From positions 1 through 64,000 of the IMG/VR virus record IMGVR_UViG_3300027747_001390: a DNA stretch of 64,000 nt; one strand, 5' to 3'. This document shows positions 56,511 to 64,000 of the stretch, one piece after another. This stretch comes from a virus. How positions within the stretch are numbered: position 1 is the stretch's first letter; each line of letters starts with the position of its first letter. The notes beneath the pieces are model-generated. The model was not told the DNA's origin. It saw nothing but the letters and a program-made list of their open reading frames with translations, and ran no database searches. The position numbers and the translations under genes are program-made.

Positions 56511-56890
56511 GACGTCTTCTGGCCTCGGCCGAGATGCTGATCAATGGCATTTCTCCGTCGAGGCCAGAGGACGATCACGGGTTCGACATCGTCTCTGTGT
56601 ATGGATCAAAGCTATGCCGCGTTCAAGTCAAGACTGTCTACATCCAGAAGCCGAGGCCTGTCACCCTGTCAGAGACGTTTCCAGTTCGTCGTCGAGCAGG
56701 GTGCAGGCGTCAGCGACCAGACGATCAGAACTCTCAGTATGCAGACGGCGAGTTGGACGCGTTCGTGTTTGTCAGTCTCGTCACGAGGTCTTTCTGGGTG
56801 ATGCCAATCAATGAGATCGAATTATCGAAGTATCGAGTGTCACTTCGCAAAGACTCGCCGTGGCACAACGCGTGGCACGTCCTGAAATGA
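56474..56890 (+). CDS. PD-(D/E)XK endonuclease
   Basis: GFD...RVQVKT...Y...D.F. Confidence 0.65.
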   Translation: MSPISPRAAGEVGRLLASAEMLINGISPSRPEDDHGFDIVSVYGSKLCRVQVKTVYIQKPRPVTLSETFPVRRRAGCRRQRPDDQNSQYADGELDAFVFVSLVTRSFWVMPINEIELSKYRVSLRKDSPWHNAWHVLK

Positions 56891-57186
56891 CACTCGAAAC
56901 CACCATAACGAAGTCGATCGTGACGCTCGCGAAAGCGAAGGGGTGGTGGACGTTCAAGATCGCTGGCGGACCTATGCAGATGGCTGGAGTTCCAGACTTG
57001 TTGACGGTGAAGCATGGCCGTGCTGTGTTCCTCGAAGTGAAGCAGCCGGGAAAGAAGCCTCGCCCGCTTCAGGTGCAGAGGATGAAAGAAATACGCGAGA
57101 TTGGCGGAGCCGTCGCGCAAGTGGTTACGAGCAGGGCTGAGGCAGAAAGGATTCTCGATGCGAACGATAACGCTCACTCTTCCTGA
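56887..57186 (+). CDS. VRR-NUC domain nuclease
   Basis: GVPDL...FLEVK.PG...LQ. Confidence 0.85.
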   Translation: MTLETTITKSIVTLAKAKGWWTFKIAGGPMQMAGVPDLLTVKHGRAVFLEVKQPGKKPRPLQVQRMKEIREIGGAVAQVVTSRAEAERILDANDNAHSS

Positions 57187-57631
57187 GCAGTCAACAGCCC
57201 TAAACGCGGCGTGGCTCCGAATCATAACCAGCGCAGCGTCTGGCCTAAATCATAAGTCCACCTACCAGAGGCCAATGGTTCGCCGAATTCACGAAGAGTT
57301 TATCGGAGCGTGCGGAGAGCTTGCGGTCGCCAAGTCTGCGGGCGTGTTCTTCCTGCCAAGCGTGAACACGTTCCACCGCGTTCCAGACTTCCTGAGCGAC
57401 TACGAGGTGCGAAGCACCGACCTGCCTGACGGCAGTCTTATAGTCAGGGACAACGACTCCGACGACAGGCGATACATCTTGGCGACTGTGGTTGACGACG
57501 TGGTAAATCTGGTGGGCTGGATTAAAGGCGAAGACGCCAAGAAGCACGATTGGCTTCGCGATCCCGGCAACCGCCGCCCCTCGTGGTTCGTCCCACAAGA
57601 CCAACTGAGGCCTATCGAGGAGGTGCTGTGA
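57158..57631 (+). CDS. Hypothetical nuclease-like phage protein
   Basis: GACGELAVAK, PD..EVRS, GWI.G, FVPQ. Confidence 0.65.
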   Translation: MRTITLTLPEQSTALNAAWLRIITSAASGLNHKSTYQRPMVRRIHEEFIGACGELAVAKSAGVFFLPSVNTFHRVPDFLSDYEVRSTDLPDGSLIVRDNDSDDRRYILATVVDDVVNLVGWIKGEDAKKHDWLRDPGNRRPSWFVPQDQLRPIEEVL

Positions 57632-57632
57632 C

Positions 57633-57758
57633 GTGGGATCAATAACAACACGTGAGACTTGGCCCCCTGAGCCTCCTAATAAACCTCCCAAACACTGGGA
57701 GTGGCAGATCGTTGACGGCGTCAAAAAACTCGTCCCGATCAAGAAAAAAACTACTTGA
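57633..57758 (+). CDS. 41-aa ORF below the track cutoff
   Basis: GAGGAGG RBS, GTG start, fills the intergenic gap. Confidence 0.35.
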   Translation: MGSITTRETWPPEPPNKPPKHWEWQIVDGVKKLVPIKKKTT

Positions 57759-57782
57759 CGTTAGTACGGAAGTGATTACCTT

Positions 57783-58187
57783 ATGCGAGCGTTCACTACG
57801 ACGGTTCGGCAGCTAAGCCTCATCGATGCAGAGTGCATCATCACGAGGCTGACGAAGCCGAAGTCGGAGTTTCAGATCGAGGTCACAGAAAAGACTTCGA
57901 CGACTCCGGTGGCGATCGTGAGAACGGATCAGGAGAGAGTGGCGGCATGGACGGCAACGCACTTCTGGCGAGGAATGCAGACGCTGGAGGGATTCACGGA
58001 TTTATCTCTTCGGCGTCGCGGCTTTGCTCGTGTTGCAGCGAGTCTGCTCATCGCCGACTGCTCCATCGATCCACGCGAGACACTGGCAGTCTTCTCACCG
58101 CAGTGCGTTTCGATCGCAACTGCGTTGGGTTGTAGGGACGTTCGATTGTTCGAGCGTCAGGGTAAGGAGTGGGTTCGGAATTCATAG
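57783..58187 (+). CDS. GNAT-like acetyltransferase
   Basis: FT...RRRGFA; upstream TTGACG-N16-TACCTT. Confidence 0.6.
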   Translation: MRAFTTTVRQLSLIDAECIITRLTKPKSEFQIEVTEKTSTTPVAIVRTDQERVAAWTATHFWRGMQTLEGFTDLSLRRRGFARVAASLLIADCSIDPRETLAVFSPQCVSIATALGCRDVRLFERQGKEWVRNS

Positions 58188-58203
58188 AAGCCAAGGAGGG
58201 CTT

Positions 58204-58578
58204 ATGTTTTTTTTGCTGTTGATTGCGTTGATGGGCGATTGCACGAATCTGACTGAGTCGGAGTCGCAGGTCGTCGTAGAGACGAACTCTGCCCGTGCTG
58301 AGGCCGGTCTTCCGCCTCTGGTCATCGACTGCCGTTTGATGGGTCGCGCTCGTCGTCACGCCGCTCGCATGGCGAACGAGGGTTTCTTCGCGCACTCAAG
58401 TGGTGCGACAGAGAACATCGCTACTGGTCAACCTCACGCTGCTGCTGTGGTTCGCACGTGGCTAAACAGTCCCGGTCATCGGGCGAACATCCTCAGCCGT
58501 AGCAGCACTCGCATCGGAGTCGCTGGCTTCGTCGGCCGAGACGGAAAAACTTACTGGGTGCAGCAGTTCGCGCCCTGA
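58204..58578 (+). CDS. CAP (SCP) domain protein with a signal peptide
   Basis: N..R...GL.PL, HA..MA, ENIA, WLNSPGHRANIL, YWVQ.F. Confidence 0.9.
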   Translation: MFFLLLIALMGDCTNLTESESQVVVETNSARAEAGLPPLVIDCRLMGRARRHAARMANEGFFAHSSGATENIATGQPHAAAVVRTWLNSPGHRANILSRSSTRIGVAGFVGRDGKTYWVQQFAP

Positions 58579-58683
58579 TCGTCCCCTCCGGTGGTCCTGC
58601 CGTCGCTTCGTCGGGTAGGCGAGGCGGCGGTGGGCCACTCTGGAAAGCACACATGATCTTTTCTTTTTTCTGGAGGTGGATTC

Positions 58684-59055
58684 GTGGACAAGGAAGTCAA
58701 GTACATCAAGAACCGGCTCGACATGACGACTCAGGACGCGACGGAGATGTTCGAGTACCTCAAGTTGAACTGGAGTTCGGCAAGAGTGTCGGACATGGCG
58801 ACGCACCTCAAGCTGTCGCCAACGACAGTCCGAAGCATCGCTCGAAAAATAAATCTCGGCCCAAGGCCCGAAAGGGCATCGCATCTCGACCCAAGTCTCG
58901 ACGAGATAAAGCGTCGCGCGGCAGCGATCCGAAAGACGTGGAGTCACGAGGAGAAGGCGAGAAGAGACCTTCTCGGAAGAAGCGAGGCCGGGGTGGGCCG
59001 TCGAGTGGTTAGTCTTGGCATCGAAGCACCTTCTTTTTCGAGGAACTGGCTATGA
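58684..59055 (+). CDS. HTH-like hypothetical protein
   Basis: DPSLDEI..R...IR..W...E; GGAGG RBS. Confidence 0.6.
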   Translation: MDKEVKYIKNRLDMTTQDATEMFEYLKLNWSSARVSDMATHLKLSPTTVRSIARKINLGPRPERASHLDPSLDEIKRRAAAIRKTWSHEEKARRDLLGRSEAGVGRRVVSLGIEAPSFSRNWL

Positions 59056-59645
59056 CTATCGTTGAGTTCTGGCTGACTGAGCCTGTGCTGAGCGGCATCA
59101 ATCGTCTGGAGAGCAAGTCTCTGGCGGTGGACGTCGGCGCGAACGTCGGGACGTGGGCTGCGACGCTGTGTCAGATGTTCGACGAGGTTCTTGCCTTCGA
59201 GCCAGACGAGCGAAACTACTCGCAGATTCCAGCCGCCGAGAACCTCACTGTCGTCAGGGCGGCTGTGTCTGACCAGACTGGCGAGACTCCGTTCTTCGTT
59301 CGCTCGTCGTCTGGGCACAACTCGATCCTCGAAGTGCATCCGATCGGCGGCGAGGGCATGGCTCCCGTCCCTGTCGTCGAAGAGAAGACCGTCTCGTGCT
59401 TCTCTCTGGACGACGCGTGCGGCAACGGTGCCGACTTCGTAAAGATCGACATCGAGGGGGGCGAGGTGCTGGCTCTTCAGGGGATCGTTGACGTCCTGAA
59501 ATGGTCTCGCACTTTGTTTGTCATCGAGTGTCACGACACTTTCCATGACGTCGAGCGTGAGCTTGCTCGCCTTGGCAAGCGAGTCACTCGCATTCCGCAC
59601 CCGCTCGTATCGCACCCCGGTCACTGTTGGGCAATCGGCGAATGA
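59052..59645 (+). CDS. FkbM-family methyltransferase
   Basis: VDVGANVG, AFEP, LDD, KIDIEGGE, IE.H. Confidence 0.9.
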   Translation: MTIVEFWLTEPVLSGINRLESKSLAVDVGANVGTWAATLCQMFDEVLAFEPDERNYSQIPAAENLTVVRAAVSDQTGETPFFVRSSSGHNSILEVHPIGGEGMAPVPVVEEKTVSCFSLDDACGNGADFVKIDIEGGEVLALQGIVDVLKWSRTLFVIECHDTFHDVERELARLGKRVTRIPHPLVSHPGHCWAIGE

Positions 59646-60307
59646 TCCTAGTCTCGCAGTCGTACACGCCACAGTCTGAGCATCGAACCCGAGAGCTTCA
59701 GAAGGTGCGACTGCACAACGAGACTTCAGGCCTGTTCGATCGCGTCGAGTACCTAGACGCTGGAGATCGAACGATCTCTTTCAGTGAGCTTCACGAGTAT
59801 TGCGTCTCGAAGCACCGTGGGCAGTGGTGCGTGATCGCCAACAGCGACATCACGTTCAACGCGACGGCCTATATGATCAAAGGCCTGAGCAAGGCGGGCA
59901 GGCTCGTGGCATTGACTCGATGGGATAGCCACTACGGCCCACGCTTCATAGGTCAGCAGCATGAAGACAAGTTCTTCAGTGGCTCTCAGGACTCGTGGGC
60001 TTTTCTGGCGGGATCGCTGCCTCCCCTGACGATCGACATACCGCTCGCCGTCATGGGTTGCGACCAAGTGATAGTCGGTTGGGCGTGCATGGGGGGCATT
60101 GAGGTCATCAATCCTGCCCTGACGATCAAGACGACTCACGTCCACGAGTTGGACGACCGGCCAGCCGACAGACCGGCTGCGTCTGGATTCTTTGGCTACC
60201 CGCATCTCACGACGATGCACACGAGCGGAGAGGTTCTCTGCCACGAGTGGCCTCGCGGTGACGGCGAATGGGAATACGAATGGCAACTATATCGCTACGC
60301 GAAATAG
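59642..60307 (+). CDS. Glycosyltransferase-like protein
   Basis: IANSDI, ALTRW, SQDSW.F, GCD, NP...H.H. Confidence 0.6.
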   Translation: MILVSQSYTPQSEHRTRELQKVRLHNETSGLFDRVEYLDAGDRTISFSELHEYCVSKHRGQWCVIANSDITFNATAYMIKGLSKAGRLVALTRWDSHYGPRFIGQQHEDKFFSGSQDSWAFLAGSLPPLTIDIPLAVMGCDQVIVGWACMGGIEVINPALTIKTTHVHELDDRPADRPAASGFFGYPHLTTMHTSGEVLCHEWPRGDGEWEYEWQLYRYAK

Positions 60308-61260
60308 AGCAGCACCACCCGGACCTGTTGCTGCCACCGGACGAGGAGTTCGCGAACTACTACGGCGAGTTCGCTGACGTCGGGCTCGAACGAGCCAAGT
60401 CTCTCAGGGTGGCGTTCGTGGCGATCTGCCGCAACGCGATGCCGTTCCTGCCTTTCACGATGCAATACGTGAAGTCTGCCGGGGAGTGCTTCGAGGACTA
60501 CAAGGTCTTCATCTACGAGAACGACTCGAACGATGGCACGAAAGACTTTTTGTCTCAGTGGTCAGACGGCTCACGCAACTTCTGCTCGCTGAAAGACAAC
60601 GGCAGGCCTCACCTGAACTCGACCAAGCACGAGTCGAGAACGCTCGCTCTGGCCGAGTACCGCAACGCGTGCAGGCGGTGGGTGGACGGCGACTCGATGG
60701 ACTTTGACTACGTGGTCGTGTTCGACACAGACCCGTGGGGAGGGTTCAGCGTCGGAGGAATAATGAACACGATCGGACGGATGGAGGGTCGCAGCCATCT
60801 CTGGACGTCTGGCATGGCGAGCTACTCGTGGTGCGAATGGGGTCCGCCGGTCTGGTCGAGGCCGACTCTGTGCCAGTACGACGCTTGGGCCTGTCGCTGG
60901 ACTGGATGGAAAGAACGTAAGGATATGCTCTGGTTCCATCTCTGGCACCCGCCTGTCGGGTCGCCGCCCGTGAAGATGAACAGTGCCTTCGGTCAGCTTG
61001 CCGTCTACCGGGAGAAGAGCTTCCTGATGGGCGTTTACAGGGGCGACGACTGCGAACACGTGAGCTTTCACAGGACGATGGGGGGCGATCTCTATTTGAA
61101 CCCTGCTATGCGATGCGTTTCGTTTTGGATTCCAGAGGAGGGGGCAAGGATGCCCGATGGCTCGATCGACGACGGTAATTTGCACGACGACCTTCACGGC
61201 GTTGTGGATCGCGGGGACGCCGACCCGGATCATCAGTCAGACGCTGAAAATCTCGGCTGA
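60280..61260 (+). CDS. Glycosyltransferase-like protein
   Basis: YENDSNDGT, LAEYRN, DTD, SAFG.LAVY, CEHV.FH. Confidence 0.7.
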   Translation: MATISLREIEQHHPDLLLPPDEEFANYYGEFADVGLERAKSLRVAFVAICRNAMPFLPFTMQYVKSAGECFEDYKVFIYENDSNDGTKDFLSQWSDGSRNFCSLKDNGRPHLNSTKHESRTLALAEYRNACRRWVDGDSMDFDYVVVFDTDPWGGFSVGGIMNTIGRMEGRSHLWTSGMASYSWCEWGPPVWSRPTLCQYDAWACRWTGWKERKDMLWFHLWHPPVGSPPVKMNSAFGQLAVYREKSFLMGVYRGDDCEHVSFHRTMGGDLYLNPAMRCVSFWIPEEGARMPDGSIDDGNLHDDLHGVVDRGDADPDHQSDAENLG

Positions 61261-61555
61261 CCGCTGCGACACGACTCGCAAACAGCTTGGACTCGCGAGA
61301 CGCGAGTCTTGGCACGGCTCGAAGACCGGCCACAGAAAGGCGTATCTGCCGAGTGAGTCCGAGATCAGGCAGAAGTGCCTTGAGTTTCAGGCGGGCTGGA
61401 CAGACGAAGAACGCGAGCGTCGTCGAGTCGGTGGAGTCGTCAAGCACGTCCCATACGAGGCTCCAGTCGTTCCGGAGAGCCTGTTCCGATTTTCTGACGA
61501 CGACGAGTCGGGTCCGCAGACTTATCTGGAAGGTCTGATCGATACTTCCGGGTGA
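61157..61555 (+). CDS. Hypothetical protein, paralog of 58684..59055
   Basis: PSESEIRQKC...WTDEERERR. Confidence 0.6.
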   Translation: MARSTTVICTTTFTALWIAGTPTRIISQTLKISADRCDTTRKQLGLARRESWHGSKTGHRKAYLPSESEIRQKCLEFQAGWTDEERERRRVGGVVKHVPYEAPVVPESLFRFSDDDESGPQTYLEGLIDTSG

Positions 61556-61583
61556 TCGCTGTCGCTTGCTAGGCTGAAAAGGT

Positions 61584-61805
61584 ATGGGCCAACTCCACGT
61601 TTACGCGAGGCTTTTCCTCGCCGCTGGCGACGACCGGGCACGGGCTCAAGTGTTCGCTGAGGCGGTGGAGTGGCTCGAACACACGGCTGAGACGACGATC
61701 GAAAAAGGCCTAAAAACCCGTATTTTTGCGATTCTTTGCACCCGCGAGGGTGAAGACTTTCTCCGCTGGGTGACCGCGAATGACGCTGAAAACGGCCACT
61801 CTTGA
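61584..61805 (+). CDS. Hypothetical protein
   Basis: AAAGG RBS. Confidence 0.5.
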   Translation: MGQLHVYARLFLAAGDDRARAQVFAEAVEWLEHTAETTIEKGLKTRIFAILCTREGEDFLRWVTANDAENGHS

Positions 61806-62142
61806 TCGAGTTATGTCTGGGATGCTGATCTCCGACAGGCTCTGGCTCAAGAGCATCTACGAATCCACGCGAGACGTCGTCAAGGCCGACGGTCTCGTTT
61901 GCGATCCGACCATCGTCACGATCAGCGACTGGCTGAAAATCCATCGATCCATCCAGAGGTTCATCTGGTCTGGCCTCTGTACCGTCTGCCCCGGAATCTA
62001 TCCGGACCTGATTGCAGCGATTGACAGGGAAATTGCCCTGTCTCTGGAGTCTTGCGACGGGAATGTCACGCCAAGCGTGCGACAGAAGCTTGTCGCGGCC
62101 CTCGACCGCGTGGCTTGGACGGGCCTTGGAGGTGACGAGTAA
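61780..62142 (+). CDS. Hypothetical protein
   Basis: Operon context. Confidence 0.55.
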   Translation: MTLKTATLDRVMSGMLISDRLWLKSIYESTRDVVKADGLVCDPTIVTISDWLKIHRSIQRFIWSGLCTVCPGIYPDLIAAIDREIALSLESCDGNVTPSVRQKLVAALDRVAWTGLGGDE

Positions 62143-62513
62143 TGGTCGCCGACTCTGCCATCATCGCCGCCAACGACGCTCCGGGCCTTGCCGAGAAGGT
62201 GAAGGCCTACGTGCAGCGTGCCAAGGAGCTTGCCTCCGACGGGCTAAGCGTGGCGGACTTCGCTGAACTGGCGACGTCGCTCTTGAGACTTGTTGTGTCG
62301 GCTCTTGACTCGATCCCGGCCGACGGCGAGCAGAAGAAGCTATGGGCAGTTGCGGCTGTCGCGACCCTGTTTGACGCCGTCGCTGACAAGTGCGTTCCGA
62401 TCTATTTCGTCCCCTTTTGGGTTGTCTTCCGGCCGACCGTTCGAGCGATTGTCCTGCTCGCTGCCGGGGGCGTAGTCCAGTCTCTTCTACCGATCGTGAG
62501 GGCCACAAAGTGA
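62142..62513 (+). CDS. Membrane protein, possible holin-like
   Basis: G.QKK motif, hydrophobic C-terminal half; GGAGGT RBS. Confidence 0.55.
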   Translation: MVADSAIIAANDAPGLAEKVKAYVQRAKELASDGLSVADFAELATSLLRLVVSALDSIPADGEQKKLWAVAAVATLFDAVADKCVPIYFVPFWVVFRPTVRAIVLLAAGGVVQSLLPIVRATK

Positions 62514-62776
62514 TCTTCCTGCTCATCATCGCCGCCGCCGTGGCTCTCCTGATGTGGCCTGAGACGAAGGCTTCCGCTCCCAAGTCAGTGCCGCTTCCGT
62601 CGGTCGACGTGCCTGCGATTCCGCAGCCGCCAAAGACTCCTAGCTACAGAAGTGCTATCGAGAGTCTCGCGTCCGTCCGGAGTCGCTTGGTTGCGACTGG
62701 GAACCTCGACGAAAAGGCGACTGCGGCAATCAATGAACTCACTCTGTGTCTTGTGGCTGGGAGCGATAAGGAATGA
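62510..62776 (+). CDS. Membrane-anchored protein
   Basis: N-terminal TM segment, Pro-rich linker. Confidence 0.6.
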   Translation: MIFLLIIAAAVALLMWPETKASAPKSVPLPSVDVPAIPQPPKTPSYRSAIESLASVRSRLVATGNLDEKATAAINELTLCLVAGSDKE

Positions 62777-63240
62777 CGACTCTTCAACGGCAGATCGCAG
62801 CGGGGTGCCTCGTAGCACTCGCGTTGCTCGTGTGGGCCTTTGATCGCGGCAGCGACGACGCTGCACCGAATCCCGGTCCAGTTCCTCCGGCGGGACTCGT
62901 TCTTCGCGGCCTGTTCATCGGGCAGAACGCCTCGTCGGACGCACAAATGCTTTCAGCCCTCACCGCAGAAGTCGGCGACTGCATCGAATACGACGGCACG
63001 AGGCCTGATCCTCGCTTGAAGACTGGCGTCGCGTTTGACGACCTTCGCATTGCTGCTCGCGAGGCACGTTTGCGTGGCGAGAGTCTTGGTGCCCGCCAGC
63101 CGAAGGTCAAGGAAGCGATTCACGCCTACCTCGACGAGGCCGTTGGTACATCTGGCGGACCTGTGACTCCTGCGGATCGAGCCAAGTGGGTCGCCGCAAT
63201 GCGAGACATCTCAAGGGCTTGTTCCGATGCCGCGAAGTAG
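62773..63240 (+). CDS. Membrane-anchored protein
   Basis: N-terminal TM segment, PNPGPVPP linker. Confidence 0.65.
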   Translation: MTTLQRQIAAGCLVALALLVWAFDRGSDDAAPNPGPVPPAGLVLRGLFIGQNASSDAQMLSALTAEVGDCIEYDGTRPDPRLKTGVAFDDLRIAAREARLRGESLGARQPKVKEAIHAYLDEAVGTSGGPVTPADRAKWVAAMRDISRACSDAAK

Positions 63241-64000
63241 AATCACAATCTCGGCTCTCGTCACTGTGATCGTCGTGTCGTTCCTCGGCGCGCTCGTGCA
63301 GTTGGCGACGTTCCGTCTGGCTAATCACCTTGAGAACAATTTCGGCTACCAGCCAAACCCGGCTGGTCTGAGAGAGTTCTTAGGTGAACTCAAGGAGCCG
63401 ACGTTCGCTCAGGCTGGGGCCGACGCGGTGAAGAAGGCGAAGGGGAAGGACGTGTACCTTTATCGGTACGCTGATCAGGCTCACCGCAAAGTGTATGGGA
63501 CGCCGTTCACTGCGTGGAATCAGGGCTCTGCGGGAACTTGTGTCAGTTTTGGGTGGGCTGTGTCGGCGTATTTCGGACAAGCGACGGATCACGCGACCGG
63601 CGAGCTACCAAATCCTCCTCTCGAAGTCGACACGTCCGGAATTTACGGCGGAAGTAGAACGGCGGGAAGAAATCCACCCGTAACCTTCGCCGGGTATTCA
63701 GATGGAAGCTTTGGGGCGGCGGCGGCGAGGTGGGTCTCTGGCAAGTGCAAGCAGCCCGGCGTAGGCGGAATTCTTTACAAGAAAAAGTACGGAAGCGTTG
63801 ACCTCACTGAGTATTCGATTCCACGTTCTCGTGAGTGGGGAGCGAACGGCGTGCCGCTCGATCTCGCAAAGGAAGCCAATAAGCACACGGCTCGTGCGGT
63901 GGCTCAAGTCTCGACGTGGGAAGAACTGAGCGCGGCACTGGAGTCAGGTTTTTGCGTGCCTATTTGCTCGAACGTGGGCTTCGCTGCGACGAACGTAAGA
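63227..64000 (+). CDS. Papain-like (C1) cysteine peptidase with N-terminal TM anchor, 3'-truncated
   Basis: Manual translation: MPRSRITISALVTVIVVSFLG...WNQGSAGTCVSFG...IYGGSR...DGSFG; frame open to the window end and absent from the ORF track. Confidence 0.75.
   Translation, partial: MPRSRITISALVTVIVVSFLGALVQLATFRLANHLENNFGYQPNPAGLREFLGELKEPTFAQAGADAVKKAKGKDVYLYRYADQAHRKVYGTPFTAWNQGSAGTCVSFGWAVSAYFGQATDHATGELPNPPLEVDTSGIYGGSRTAGRNPPVTFAGYSDGSFGAAAARWVSGKCKQPGVGGILYKKKYGSVDLTEYSIPRSREWGANGVPLDLAKEANKHTARAVAQVSTWEELSAALESGFCVPICSNVGFAATNVR

Larger units (their letters stand above)
8542..57773 (+). repeat. Dispersed oriented motif, core GT(A/C)CGGA, most often GTACGGATAC, ~18 copies at gene junctions
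   Basis: 8542, 21193, 23698, 24217, 30699, 33486, 33762, 34331, 39289, 40586, 40913, 41180, 42197, 42953, 45354, 46067, 49075, 53090, 57764. Confidence 0.85.

Noticed and set aside
1-64000. tRNA/rRNA genes, diversity-generating retroelement, alternative genetic code
   Set aside because: No cloverleaf or reverse transcriptase recognised by eye; all three stop codons end genes normally and coding density is high under the standard code. A tRNA scan was not run.

Overview
A 64-kb segment of a temperate long-tailed dsDNA phage (HK97-type head, siphovirus-type tail), coded almost entirely on the + strand. A Planctomycetota-like host is a tentative inference from gene content. Order: two large head-region proteins (<3-1517, 1514-6778) built from cargo domains separated by a repeated helix-(E/Q)xR-C-x11/13-C tag; an Ogr-like Zn finger; major capsid, head-tail and tail genes including a -1 frameshift chaperone and tape measure (7076-20875); nucleotide enzymes; a minus-strand tyrosine integrase with divergent small regulators (22306-24191); PhoH; a ~17-kb array of small genes behind near-identical sigma70 promoter cassettes (28.6-45.4 kb); replication and recombination genes (SNF2, RecE-like, prim-pol, UvrD); bacterioferritin-like, DNA methylase, nuclease, FkbM and glycosyltransferase genes; and a membrane-protein/papain-like peptidase module truncated at the right end. 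The best candidate for an undescribed system is the tagged polyprotein pair, which looks like a prohead-protease-processed cargo-loading system. Also notable are an oriented GTACGGATAC stoperator-like motif (~18 copies at gene junctions), the promoter cassettes, and CsrA-type GGA-loop hairpins. Family names come from motif recognition by eye, not database searches.
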